DNA from: Fimbriimonadales bacterium
GTDB taxonomy: Bacteria > Armatimonadota > Fimbriimonadia > Fimbriimonadales > JABRVX01
DNA: 64,000 bases
Direction: 5' to 3'
Assembly: GCA_045862955.1 (NCBI GenBank)
Contig: BTVI01000002.1
Coordinates: forward strand, 32,001-96,000
The position numbers and the translations under genes are program-made. Of the stretch, positions 30,636-40,533 are shown one piece after another (position 1 is the stretch's first letter; each line of letters starts with the position of its first letter). The notes under the pieces were generated by a model, which searched no databases, had not been told where the DNA came from, and worked only from the letters and a program-made list of their open reading frames with translations.

Positions 30636-32719
30636 ACTTGCACCTCGATCACCGTCGTGGTGTCCACCCCGAACACGTCGATCACTTTCACGCAGATGCG
30701 ATGCGATCCCCTATCGGTGTAGCGGAAGTAACAGTCGCTTTCGGTCTTCAGCGAGCGGTCCTTCCGCGTGCGATAGTCCTGCCAGTGGTGTTCGAACGCT
30801 TTGCCGTCCCTGTGCTCGAAGTCCACTGCCCAGAAGTCTATGAAGTCGAAGGGGGAACGCACCGCACGCTCCTTCAGCGCCTCCAGTTCCTTCTCCGGCA
30901 CTTCGGACAACGAAGGCAGGAAGTTGATGAGGCGCACGTCCACGCTCGGTTCGCCGGTCTCCGGATGTTTGCGGACGAACGCCTCTGCCTGTACCGCGGC
31001 GGCGTCGAAGAACTGCACCTCGTCCCGGTTCGCCTCCATGATCTCGCGCGGGATGTACTTCAGCGATACCTCGATGCCCGTGTCCTTCTCCACCCCGGCG
31101 ATGCGTAGGCGCAGGTTCATCTCGAACTCCCAGGCCAGGCAGATCACGCGCTTTCCGCCGGCCGCCTTCGCCGCTTCCGCAACCGCGCGCACCTCGTCTG
31201 CGGTCATGATGCTGTCTATCCCGTCCACGTGCACGTACGCTCCGCCCTTCGTGCCATGGAGCAGGGGGTGGGGAGGGCTTTCCAGTGGCGCGGCGCGGAA
31301 GAACTTCAGCACGGTGGCGCGGTGCTGTTCGTCCGCGCCCTGCAATCGCTCCATCTGCCACCACTGCCGCTCGTAACGACCCAGGTTGTACACGTCGAAG
31401 GACCGGTAAGGCTTGCCGGCGGCATGGAGCTCCCGTTGCACCCCGATGAGGCGCTTTCGGGAGACGTGGATGGCGTATCTGCCCAGGTCGCATCCGATCC
31501 ACCTCCGCCCTAGCTTCTCCGCCACCGCCATCGTGGTCCCCGATCCGCAGAAGAAGTCAGCGACGAGGTCACCCTCGCTGGAAAAGCTCTCCAGCACGCG
31601 TCTCAAGAGGGCTTCTGATTTCTCGGTAGTGTAACCATGTGCAAATGAGTAGGCTCCGAGATCGTACCAGACGGTGTCAAGAAACTTGCTGTGAAACGGG
31701 GGGACCCAGTGCTCCACTTTCCCGGTCGGGGACAGTCTGACGAACTCAATGTCGCTGCGACCCGCCCACCAGTCCATGAGGTCCACTCCTGCTCGCGCCC
31801 CCACGTTCAGATACTCCTCGTAGTTAGCAGCCGCGCGCTTAGCGCGGTCGGAGGACCACTTCCACTGTCCCGTCGACGGTGTTACGCCCAGCAGCTCGTA
31901 GCGCATCGTCGGCCTGTCCGCAGTGCTCCAAAAGTCTTTCCAGTAGCCTCGCGGGTGGGTGGGCTCCTGTTCCACCATGGGCGAGGCCCATCTACTGGAC
32001 GGATCGGCAGTGACCCAGAGTACCACGTCGTGCCCCCCTGGCAACGCGCGGACGGAGGCAAACTGGCGCTGAAGATTCTTGGTTACCCGCTTAACGATGA
32101 TTTGATTACGGACGCATGCGTCGCCGAACATTGAGCGCGCCAAGCACTCCACTGCGGCCGCCACACCGGTACCGACGTGAAGGAACAGGGCTCCGGATGG
32201 GTGGAGCAGCTCCCGCATAAGCCCGAGGCGCTCCGCAAGCATATGCAAATACGAGTCCGTGCCGCCTCCCCAGGTATCCCTATAGGCTACAGCCTCCATT
32301 GCGGACTGCTCCTTCTGCACCGAATCGTTCTCTCCCAGTCTCACGTCCATCGTGAAATCCGCGCCTACATCGAACGGCGGGTCAATGTAGATCAGATCGA
32401 TCTTCCCCCGGAACTCCTTCAGCAAGGCCGCGCACACCAGCTTGTTGTCTCCCCAAATCAGCATGTTCCGGAAGTCGTCCCGGTGCGCGGACTTCCTGAA
32501 CTGCTCCTCGTCGAACAGCCCCGGTTGCTCTGCCCGTGCAGTGTCCCTCGGCGCATCCACCGTCTCGATCTTCTGCAGCACTAAGGGGAAGTCGGGCAGG
32601 CGAACCGGCCGGCGGTTGCCGTACTCGTCGTACTTACCTTCCCAAACCAGTTCTGTCTTCATCGTGGAGAGCGGATGAGGGTTGTCCGGTCCCCACGGCT
32701 TCGTAGGGTCACTTGCCAT
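30632..32719 (-). CDS. mod: Type III adenine DNA methyltransferase Mod (beta class)
   Basis: DPPF precedes DFFCGSGTT; overlaps the res start; ATG 32719 inferred. Confidence 0.9.
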   Translation of the reverse strand: MASDPTKPWGPDNPHPLSTMKTELVWEGKYDEYGNRRPVRLPDFPLVLQKIETVDAPRDTARAEQPGLFDEEQFRKSAHRDDFRNMLIWGDNKLVCAALLKEFRGKIDLIYIDPPFDVGADFTMDVRLGENDSVQKEQSAMEAVAYRDTWGGGTDSYLHMLAERLGLMRELLHPSGALFLHVGTGVAAAVECLARSMFGDACVRNQIIVKRVTKNLQRQFASVRALPGGHDVVLWVTADPSSRWASPMVEQEPTHPRGYWKDFWSTADRPTMRYELLGVTPSTGQWKWSSDRAKRAAANYEEYLNVGARAGVDLMDWWAGRSDIEFVRLSPTGKVEHWVPPFHSKFLDTVWYDLGAYSFAHGYTTEKSEALLRRVLESFSSEGDLVADFFCGSGTTMAVAEKLGRRWIGCDLGRYAIHVSRKRLIGVQRELHAAGKPYRSFDVYNLGRYERQWWQMERLQGADEQHRATVLKFFRAAPLESPPHPLLHGTKGGAYVHVDGIDSIMTADEVRAVAEAAKAAGGKRVICLAWEFEMNLRLRIAGVEKDTGIEVSLKYIPREIMEANRDEVQFFDAAAVQAEAFVRKHPETGEPSVDVRLINFLPSLSEVPEKELEALKERAVRSPFDFIDFWAVDFEHRDGKAFEHHWQDYRTRKDRSLKTESDCYFRYTDRGSHRICVKVIDVFGVDTTTVIEVQV

Positions 32720-33001
32720 ACCTCTGCCTTCCGCAAGGCTTGGAACGACTCCTCCCTCGCCGCTCGAGGTTCGTGTGTTCCCGGGCAGGGACCCGCAATC
32801 TCCCCTCGAATCCCCACACCATGAGGAGCACTCTCCATGCCATCGTTGCGATTTTTGGGTGGCGGTGTGACCGTCCAGCTGAATGGGCAGCGCGGACCCG
32901 AAGCGGACGGGCAGCAAGCGTCCGCATAGTGGCTTCACGACAGCGGCGAGACGACGAGCCTCGACGTGGCGAAGGTTGATGAAGTGAAGGAGGAACCGAG
33001 T

Positions 33002-34363
33002 ATGGCGAGCAGGCGAAAGAACGGGCTGACACGTAGGGACTTCTTGCGCACTGCGGTGGTGGCCGGGGCCGGTGTCGGCCTCGTGCGCATCGCGGGTGCT
33101 GGCTCCCCGGCGGGTGCGGAGGCCACCCCTCCCGCCGCAGGGCCTAGCATGATCGGAGTTCCGTTCGAAGGCTTTCGTAAGGTGCGGGTAGGCATCATCG
33201 GCGTCGGCGGGCGGGGTACGGGGTTGCTGGGAGACCTGTTAGCGATTCCCGATGTGCAGGTGAAGGCCATCTGCGACATCGTGCGCGACAAAGTCCTCAA
33301 CGCACAGCGCATGGTGGTAGGTGCCGGACAGCCCAATCCCGAGGGCTATTGGGCTAGTGAGACCGACTACGAGAACCTGTGCGAGCGTGACGACCTCGAC
33401 CTGATCTACATCGCGACGCCCTGGGACTGGCATGTTCCGATGGCAGTGAGTGGAATGCTGGGCGGCAAACACGTGGGAGTGGAAGTCCCGGCTGCCACCA
33501 CGCTGAAGGATTGCTGGAAGCTGGTAGACACCTCCGAGAAGACCCGCAAGCACTGTGTGATGCTGGAGAACGTATGCTACGGATACAGCGAGATGATGGT
33601 GCTGAACATGGTTCGCTCCGGACTGTTCGGTGAGCTGACGCACGGCGAAGCAGCCTACATTCACGACCTGCGTAGTCTGTTGTTCGGCACGGGCGGTGAG
33701 GCGTTATGGCGTCGAGAAGCTCACATCAAGCGCAACGGCAATCTCTATCCCACTCACGGCCTAGGGCCGGTTGCACAGTATATGGGTATCAATCGAGGCG
33801 ATAAGTTCGATGTATTGGTTTCTCTCAGCTCTCCAGAAAAAGGCTTCACCCTTTGGCAGCAGACGCGGTTGGCTGCCGATGATCCACGCCGCAAGGAAAA
33901 ATACATTTGCGGCGACATGAACACTAGCATCATTCGCACGGCATTGGGTCGTACCATCATGCTGCAGCACGATACGGTTAGCCCCCGCCCTTACGATCGG
34001 ATCAACCTCATCTCCGGAACGAAAGGCACCTTCCGCGGTTTTCCTGACCGTATCTTCCTAGACGGGCAGCAGGATCACGACTGGCAGTCGCTCGATCCGT
34101 TCCGCGAGCAGTACGAGCACCCGCTGTGGAAGAAGGAAGGGGAGATGGCGCGTAAGCTGGGTGGTCATGGTGGGATGGACTACATCATGAGCTTCCGCCT
34201 CATCGAGTGCATGAAAGAAGGCCTGGTGCCCGACATGGACGTGTACGATGCGGCTGCGTGGAGCGCACCGGGACCACTGAGCGAGGAGTCTAATCGGAAG
34301 GGTGGCGCACCGATGAAGTTCCCGGACTTCACGCGTGGGCGCTGGAAGGAGCGGAAGGGGTAG
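33002..34363 (+). CDS. Tat-exported Gfo/Idh/MocA protein, GH109 alpha-N-acetylgalactosaminidase-like
   Basis: TRRDFL Tat motif; GVGGRG, EVPAA, LYPTHGLGP, GGHGGMD. Confidence 0.88.
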   Translation: MASRRKNGLTRRDFLRTAVVAGAGVGLVRIAGAGSPAGAEATPPAAGPSMIGVPFEGFRKVRVGIIGVGGRGTGLLGDLLAIPDVQVKAICDIVRDKVLNAQRMVVGAGQPNPEGYWASETDYENLCERDDLDLIYIATPWDWHVPMAVSGMLGGKHVGVEVPAATTLKDCWKLVDTSEKTRKHCVMLENVCYGYSEMMVLNMVRSGLFGELTHGEAAYIHDLRSLLFGTGGEALWRREAHIKRNGNLYPTHGLGPVAQYMGINRGDKFDVLVSLSSPEKGFTLWQQTRLAADDPRRKEKYICGDMNTSIIRTALGRTIMLQHDTVSPRPYDRINLISGTKGTFRGFPDRIFLDGQQDHDWQSLDPFREQYEHPLWKKEGEMARKLGGHGGMDYIMSFRLIECMKEGLVPDMDVYDAAAWSAPGPLSEESNRKGGAPMKFPDFTRGRWKERKG

Positions 34364-34405
34364 GAGCGTCCATACGGCTTCGACTCGGGGCGGCGATTGC
34401 GGGTT

Positions 34406-34511
34406 GTCATGCCGAGCCCGTAGAAGCATGCGGTCGAGAGCCGCTTGACACCAGCTCGAGCAAACCACGTTCGCGGTACGTGGCGTCATGCTTCGACGGG
34501 CTCAGCATGAC
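34406..34511. repeat. Inverted pair of REP-like repeats
   Basis: gtcatgccgagcccgtagaagcatg ... catgcttcgacgggctcagcatgac. Confidence 0.85.
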
Positions 34512-34574
34512 TGCTACGTAGCGTGAGGTATGGTGGTGGCCTGCTCTTTCGCTGCTACTAGGGTGGCATCGTGA

Positions 34575-35771
34575 TCATGGCAAGGTAGCATCAGTTAGCG
34601 CCGAGGCCATGATCTCAGTGAGGTGAAGTACCTGCAACGCAAGGCCGCGCTCCGCAATGCCCTGGCGCAACCATAGGGTGCAGCCTGGATTGGAGCTGAG
34701 GACTCGGTTAGCTCCCGTGCGGACGATAGCATTCAGCTTGCGCTCCAGTAGCCTTCGTGCCATGTCGGGCTGGTATACGTTGTACAGTCCTGCGCTGCCG
34801 CAGCAGTAGTTCTCGTCCAGCTCGTGCAGCCGAATACCAGGGATGAGAGATAGCAGACCTCGGGGCTGCGCTTTGACACCCTGACCGTGCTCCAGGTGAC
34901 AGGGATCGTGCAGAGCTACGGACAGGCCGTCGAGGGGTTCGAGTGGCGCGATCCAACCTCTCTTCCATAGGAACTCCGCGAAATCGAGCACTTCCGTCCC
35001 GCTTTCTTCGAGTGCACGCTCGAGGAATACACCGCAGCCCGCCGCCGTCGCGATGAGTGGTGTGTTAGGGGGACAAGCCGATGCGAGGGCTCGGGCCAGT
35101 CGCTGCGCGTCCGACGGGTCCCCGTAGTGGGCTGCTAGGGCGCCGCAGCATTCGGGATGCGATATGTTCAGAACCTCGAAGCCGTTAGCAGACAGGCATC
35201 GCGCGGCTGCCCGGTTAGCATCGGGCAGGGTGACTCGTTGCACGCACCCAACGAGTAGTGCGACCGTTCCCCGCCTCTCTACCGAGGCGGGCACCACGGG
35301 GGGCAAGGGTTCGGCTGGCTCCGCCACAGGTATCACGGGTAAGCAACTGCCACCCATAGCGAGACCGAGGATGCGACTCGCTATCGGATGTGACGAGAGT
35401 GGTGCTAACAGGGCGAACCGCTCGGGCGATTGAGCTACGGACACGAGTGCGCGTCTGGAAGCTCGTTGCCACGGCGGTCGGCGTCGTTCGATCTCCCAGC
35501 GCGCTGCTGTTAGCATCTGTTCGTACGGGACCGGCGAAGGGCACGCGGTCTCGCACGCCAGGCACCCGAGGCAGGCATCGATCTGCTCTTGCACTTCATC
35601 CCAGCTGAGACGTCCCTCTGCGACTGCGCGCAGCGAATAGATGCGACCGCGTGGGCTATGGGCTTCGTTTCCGGTTTCCACATAGGTGGGGCATGCCTGC
35701 AAGCACATGCCACAGTGGATGCAAGTGCTCGTGTCGAACGATGTTAGTGCGGAGCGATTAGGCGTCGCCAC
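34575..35771 (-). CDS. glcF: Glycolate oxidase Fe-S subunit (GlcF-like)
   Basis: CIHCGMCLQACP, CLGCLACETACP, CCG domains, HDPCHL. Confidence 0.85.
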   Translation of the reverse strand: MATPNRSALTSFDTSTCIHCGMCLQACPTYVETGNEAHSPRGRIYSLRAVAEGRLSWDEVQEQIDACLGCLACETACPSPVPYEQMLTAARWEIERRRPPWQRASRRALVSVAQSPERFALLAPLSSHPIASRILGLAMGGSCLPVIPVAEPAEPLPPVVPASVERRGTVALLVGCVQRVTLPDANRAAARCLSANGFEVLNISHPECCGALAAHYGDPSDAQRLARALASACPPNTPLIATAAGCGVFLERALEESGTEVLDFAEFLWKRGWIAPLEPLDGLSVALHDPCHLEHGQGVKAQPRGLLSLIPGIRLHELDENYCCGSAGLYNVYQPDMARRLLERKLNAIVRTGANRVLSSNPGCTLWLRQGIAERGLALQVLHLTEIMASALTDATLP

Positions 35772-36918
35772 GAAGGCTCCCGCCGATCAGGGTGCGATGC
35801 GGATCGAGCGCGCTTGCTACCCGGAGTCGGATCTGTCGCACGGCCTCGCTGACGGTCGATCGCTCCAGACATCGTCCTCGCTCGGCCCGCCACGTTGCGC
35901 CGCACTCGCGGGCGAGAGCGAGCGCTGACGTGTAGTCCTGATGTGGTGTCGAATGCAGCAGCCATAACACACCGCTGATGGGCCGCCAGCGAAGGGTGGC
36001 GTCGGGGTAGAGGTTGCGGAGTGACCGTGCAAAATCATTTGCCTTGCTCCGATCCAGCTCGAAGCGAATCGCAGACTGGTACGGTCCGCTGCTGCTCGGC
36101 GGAGTGGTCGCAGTACGGATTGTCGTCGCTGCCCGGGTCAAAGTACGGTCGTCTCCAGTCACATCGAAACAGGCACTTAGCGAGTCCGCGTCCGATGTTA
36201 TAGTGAATGATACCAAATGTGGGATAAGGCCCTCCGCCGTGTCCGCCATGTGCAATGCATCCTGCCAGTCACTCAGGTGGACTCGGTACTGTTTGCGCCC
36301 CGGCATGGCCGCGAGCATAACGGTAGCCTCCGCAATCACTGCTAATGACCCCCACGAGCCACATAGCAGCCGATGAATGGCATAGCCTGCCGAGTGTTTG
36401 GTCACCTTCGCACCAACTCGGATCACCTCACCGAGACCGGTCACTGCAGTTAGCTCGAGCACTCGGCGTCTTGGCGGCCCGAATCCGTCCTCGCACGCCC
36501 CCGCGCAGTTGGTAGCGATGGCGCCGCCGAGTGTCGTGGGGCCTATGACCTCTGTTTCCCAGGGCAGCCACTGCGCTCTTGCACGCAGCTTCTGATTGAC
36601 GGAGTCGAGTCGCAGCCCCGCACCCACGGTGCACATCATGTCGTCGGTATGGTGCTCGAATCGCTGCAGCCGCTCGGTGTCGAGCGCCACGTCGTAGCGT
36701 TCCACTGTGGTGTAGGACGAGACGCGCGACATCCCACCTACGACCAGGCATCCGAGTGGTTCCACGTTGCACGCACGCAGAACCTCTGCCACTTCCTCGG
36801 TAGATGAGGGTGCCACTGCTACGGCAGGCAACAATCCGGCTACTGCATATCGTGCAGGGTCGCGCTGTCCCTCTACGCCAACGATGTCGTGCAACACTTG
36901 GGAACTGCTACTCGTCAT
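35758..36918 (-). CDS. glcE: FAD-binding oxidoreductase (GlcE-like)
   Basis: PSSTEEV, TLGGAIATN, KHSAGY, GSWGSLAVI, LDP. Confidence 0.75.
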   Translation of the reverse strand: MTSSSSQVLHDIVGVEGQRDPARYAVAGLLPAVAVAPSSTEEVAEVLRACNVEPLGCLVVGGMSRVSSYTTVERYDVALDTERLQRFEHHTDDMMCTVGAGLRLDSVNQKLRARAQWLPWETEVIGPTTLGGAIATNCAGACEDGFGPPRRRVLELTAVTGLGEVIRVGAKVTKHSAGYAIHRLLCGSWGSLAVIAEATVMLAAMPGRKQYRVHLSDWQDALHMADTAEGLIPHLVSFTITSDADSLSACFDVTGDDRTLTRAATTIRTATTPPSSSGPYQSAIRFELDRSKANDFARSLRNLYPDATLRWRPISGVLWLLHSTPHQDYTSALALARECGATWRAERGRCLERSTVSEAVRQIRLRVASALDPHRTLIGGSLRGDA

Positions 36919-38797
36919 CGCACAGGCAGTAGGCGGTGTAGCTCGAGTGGCTCCACAGCGGCGAAGAGGCCGGTGGATCGATGGTGATACGTATGCTGCT
37001 CTTGCCGGAGGTATAGCGAGCGGGTAAGAAGAGCGAACGCTCCGACCACCTCCGCGTGCGGTTCTCCTCGGCGGTGTACCATGTGCCGACGAGATGGCCG
37101 TCTACCGACACGCGTGCTCGCTGGCGCCCGTGGAACTGATCGAATAGCCGCATAAGGAACACTCCGCGATTGTCGGGCCTGATCTTCAACGTGAACTCCG
37201 ACTTTCCCAGCGACGCTGCCACCATCTGGGTATGCTCGTTATGGTCCCGACCTTCGAAGCGGGATGTCAGCGTCTCGGGATCGCTAACATTCTGCAACGT
37301 CGCGCCGTGCGTCTCGCGAGATGCTTGGTCGCACACGAGGAACCGGTCCGTCTCGACTGCCTTCGGCCCACCCTCATACCAGAAGAGCGCCCCGGCGTAG
37401 TCGAAGTTTCGGTGGTTCTCCGTACCGTGCTCGGTGCTCCAGCGAATGCGGGAGGTGAACGGCACACCAACGAAGAGGCGGTACAGCGAACAGTCCCCGT
37501 TGTACTGCCCCGTGCGGTCCAGCATCTTCACGTAGGGTTCGCCGTGCATCGGCAGTGTGAAGGGCGTGTCTAGGAACTCGTTAGACCATCCTCCCAAGAA
37601 GTCGTCTTCATGGCCGGTTCCGTGCATCGCCGGACTGCGCTCTGCATCCACGTACACTCTAAGGTCCCCCTCCCACCATTGCTTGTTATGTGGGTCGCCC
37701 GGCTCGATGGCTTGCACGACAGCTACCACCTTGCCTGCTGCCCGAACGTCTGCATGCTCGAAGTCCTCTCCCAGCCGTGTGGGACGCTCCTCCCGATACT
37801 GTGCTCGCAGATAGCCCGAGGTGGCTTGCTCGTAACGCTGTGGTGCCAGGTCCACTTCGAGCGTGACCGGCTCGGGGCAAGTGACACGTATGGTGGCTGA
37901 TTGCCAGAAGGGCATCGGCAACACGCTCACCAGCTTCGTCCTATCGGCGAACCATACCAGGCTCCGCACACTGGTAGGTGCCAGCCCGATACCGAAGAAC
38001 ACTCCCAGCGGCACGTCTACGCACGTGCGTCCGTCCCACTCACACACCACGCGGCCTTCTTGCAGCGCCTTGTCGGTCAATCCCCGCGCACATCGTACTG
38101 CCAATCGAGTGACGACCCCAGAGCCCTGGTGGGACCACTCGCCCCCAGATACCTCGTGTCGCTCTCCCGGCAGTGCCTGCGGGGCTCCCGACAGGGCCTT
38201 CTCCCAGGACTTCCGCACTCTAGCCGAATCGTCGTCTGCCTGCCACGTACGTACCTCCGTTCCGTGGGGGTATAGGTGATAGAAGGCGTTGTAGAACCCG
38301 ACCCGGCGCTCGGTGGTGATGCGAAGGGATTGCGCGAACGGCAGCGGGACGTAGGATACGTAGCCTCCGGTGCTCTCGCGATTGCCTGCTACCAGTGGCT
38401 TCAGAAACGGTGCATGCTTCCCATCGAACAGCTCGTTCGCTTCCAGGTCAATGCGCGGTTCGCTCTCGTGGTCGAAGTAGAAGCGGATGCGACCCCAGTT
38501 TAGCCGCCCGTGTCCGCCCTGATCGCTGGTAAACCATAGGGTGTACAGGCAACCAGGCTGTTCCACGTCGAAGATGACATGCTCACCCTTGGCATCCACG
38601 TACAAGCCAGAGTAGGTGCCACGGAAGCCATCGTCGTTGCCACCCGTCCGGTCGAAGCTGGAGAAGTAGCGCGCTTGCACTCCCGGCTCCATCAGCGGAA
38701 ATGTCTCGACCAGTCGTTCGAGGCGTTCCAGACCGATGGGCAGCCCGCTGAGTTCGGTCATCGTCACCACCGCACACAGAAGCAATGATAGGCTCAT
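36908..38797 (-). CDS. Exported DUF2961 (GH172-like) protein
   Basis: SSFDRTGGNDDG, PLPFA/PMPFW, WWEGD, HGTGHEDDF, EHG. Confidence 0.78.
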   Translation of the reverse strand: MSLSLLLCAVVTMTELSGLPIGLERLERLVETFPLMEPGVQARYFSSFDRTGGNDDGFRGTYSGLYVDAKGEHVIFDVEQPGCLYTLWFTSDQGGHGRLNWGRIRFYFDHESEPRIDLEANELFDGKHAPFLKPLVAGNRESTGGYVSYVPLPFAQSLRITTERRVGFYNAFYHLYPHGTEVRTWQADDDSARVRKSWEKALSGAPQALPGERHEVSGGEWSHQGSGVVTRLAVRCARGLTDKALQEGRVVCEWDGRTCVDVPLGVFFGIGLAPTSVRSLVWFADRTKLVSVLPMPFWQSATIRVTCPEPVTLEVDLAPQRYEQATSGYLRAQYREERPTRLGEDFEHADVRAAGKVVAVVQAIEPGDPHNKQWWEGDLRVYVDAERSPAMHGTGHEDDFLGGWSNEFLDTPFTLPMHGEPYVKMLDRTGQYNGDCSLYRLFVGVPFTSRIRWSTEHGTENHRNFDYAGALFWYEGGPKAVETDRFLVCDQASRETHGATLQNVSDPETLTSRFEGRDHNEHTQMVAASLGKSEFTLKIRPDNRGVFLMRLFDQFHGRQRARVSVDGHLVGTWYTAEENRTRRWSERSLFLPARYTSGKSSIRITIDPPASSPLWSHSSYTAYCLCDDE

Positions 38798-38965
38798 CGA
38801 GAGGCCATTACGCCACCAAGGCAGTTCCTCCTTCCCTCGCTTTGGCACGAGCCAAGATCGTCGAAGGGGATCGTATCATGCCTTAGCATCCGCTCCGGCC
38901 CGTTGAATACCTAGAGCTTCGGGCTCGTGCAGGACACCGAACTATCGGAAGGGAAACTTGGGGCC

Positions 38966-39775
38966 GTGCTAACCTCTACGTTTCTCCACGCGCCCGGCGT
39001 CGGGCAGAAAACCGAGATCGCACTCTGGCGCCAGGGAGCGCGAACCTGGGCCGATTTCCTGCAAGACACCGGTCGCTGGGACCTAACCGCGACGCGCCGA
39101 GCCAGCCTGGAGATCGAGGTGGACCGTTCCGTGCGCGCACTGAATGCGGCGCGGTTTCAGTATTTTGCTCGCGCTCTCCCCGTTGCCGAACGCTGGCGCG
39201 CATTCTCGGAGTTCGAGCAAGAAGCCGGGTATGTAGACATCGAGACCGATGGTGGCATGGAGGCCGAGTCGATCACGATGGTAGGGTTGTATGCTTTCGG
39301 GGAGTTTCGAGCCTTCGTCAAAGGGGAGGACCTCGGCAGCTTCGCAGACGCAGTGGAGCGCTGCTCCATGCTGATAACGTTCTATGGCACCGGCTTCGAC
39401 ATTCCCATGTTACAACGAGCCTTCCCGATGTTGCCATTCGACCAAATACATGTGGACTTGTGCCCGACACTTCGGCGGTTGGGCTTGAGGGGTGGCCTGA
39501 AGAGCATCGAGCGACAGCTCGGCATTGTCCGGTCGGACGAGACCGAAGGATTGAGTGGGTGGGATGCCGTACATCTGTGGCGAAGATACCTTCGTGGCGA
39601 TAACGAGGCACTGCGGCTGCTCATCCAATACAACCGTGAGGACTGCGTGAACCTCGAGCGCCTGATGCGTTTCGCCTTCCGCAACCTGTCCCAAGCGTGT
39701 CTGTCTGCCATGGATCCGGATGAGGCCGAAGTCGGTAAGGTGCAACGCTTCGCTGCCAAAGGGAGTGATCGTTAG
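38966..39775 (+). CDS. RNase H-like 3'-5' exonuclease (YprB/MrfB-like)
   Basis: VDIETDG, TFYGTGFDIP, GGLKSIE, YNREDC. Confidence 0.85.
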   Translation: MLTSTFLHAPGVGQKTEIALWRQGARTWADFLQDTGRWDLTATRRASLEIEVDRSVRALNAARFQYFARALPVAERWRAFSEFEQEAGYVDIETDGGMEAESITMVGLYAFGEFRAFVKGEDLGSFADAVERCSMLITFYGTGFDIPMLQRAFPMLPFDQIHVDLCPTLRRLGLRGGLKSIERQLGIVRSDETEGLSGWDAVHLWRRYLRGDNEALRLLIQYNREDCVNLERLMRFAFRNLSQACLSAMDPDEAEVGKVQRFAAKGSDR

Positions 39776-39780
39776 GGAAG

Positions 39781-40533
39781 ATGCTGGAAGTCGAGGGCCT
39801 AACCAAGTATTACAAACGATTTTGTGCGGTGGACAACTTGTCGTTCGTCGTCAACCCCGGCGAAATCGTGGGCCTGCTCGGACCCAACGGAGCAGGGAAG
39901 ACCACCGCACTGCGCTGCATTGCGGGAATCCTCCGCAAGACCTCCGGCACCGTACGCATCGCTGGTATCGATGCAGATACCGATACCAAGGCGGCGAAGA
40001 TGAACCTAGCTTTCGTGCCGGAGGTGCCGAGCCTTTACGAACTGCTGACCGTGCGGGAGCACCTGCGCTTCATTGCCATGTGTTTCGAGGCATTGGACCG
40101 ATACGAGCAGGTGGGCACCGAGCTGCTGGAACGATACGACCTCATCGAGAAAGAGGACGAGCTGGTTGCGACGTTATCCAAGGGGATGAAACAGAAGCTC
40201 GCTGTTACGTGTGCGCTCGTGCACGATGCGAGGGTGTTCCTGCTGGACGAGCCACTGATAGGGATCGACCCGAGGGGTGCTGCTCAGCTCAAGCAGCAGT
40301 TCTCCGAGGCTGCGGATGCCGGCGCGGCCGTGTTAGTTAGCACTCACTTGTTGGATACCGCCGAGAGACTGTGCGACCGAGTGATTATCATGGCGCATGG
40401 GCAAAAGATCGAGGATGGAACCCTCTCCGAGTTGCGCGAGCGTTCCGCCAGCTCGGGTGATGCCACGCTCGAAGAGCTATTCCTTAAGCTAACACGAGAG
40501 GCCGATGAGACCACTGCTGTTCCTGACGTTTAG
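39781..40533 (+). CDS. ABC transporter ATP-binding protein
   Basis: GPNGAGKTT, LSKGMKQ, LLDEP, STH. Confidence 0.95.
   Translation: MLEVEGLTKYYKRFCAVDNLSFVVNPGEIVGLLGPNGAGKTTALRCIAGILRKTSGTVRIAGIDADTDTKAAKMNLAFVPEVPSLYELLTVREHLRFIAMCFEALDRYEQVGTELLERYDLIEKEDELVATLSKGMKQKLAVTCALVHDARVFLLDEPLIGIDPRGAAQLKQQFSEAADAGAAVLVSTHLLDTAERLCDRVIIMAHGQKIEDGTLSELRERSASSGDATLEELFLKLTREADETTAVPDV

Noticed and set aside
32720..32938. N-terminal extension of Mod, or a phase-variation repeat tract
   Set aside because: The extension looks non-coding and I saw no simple-sequence tract in mod
38966..39775. MrfAB-type operon with the DUF1998 helicase
   Set aside because: The two genes are about 38 kb apart; nothing in the sequence links them
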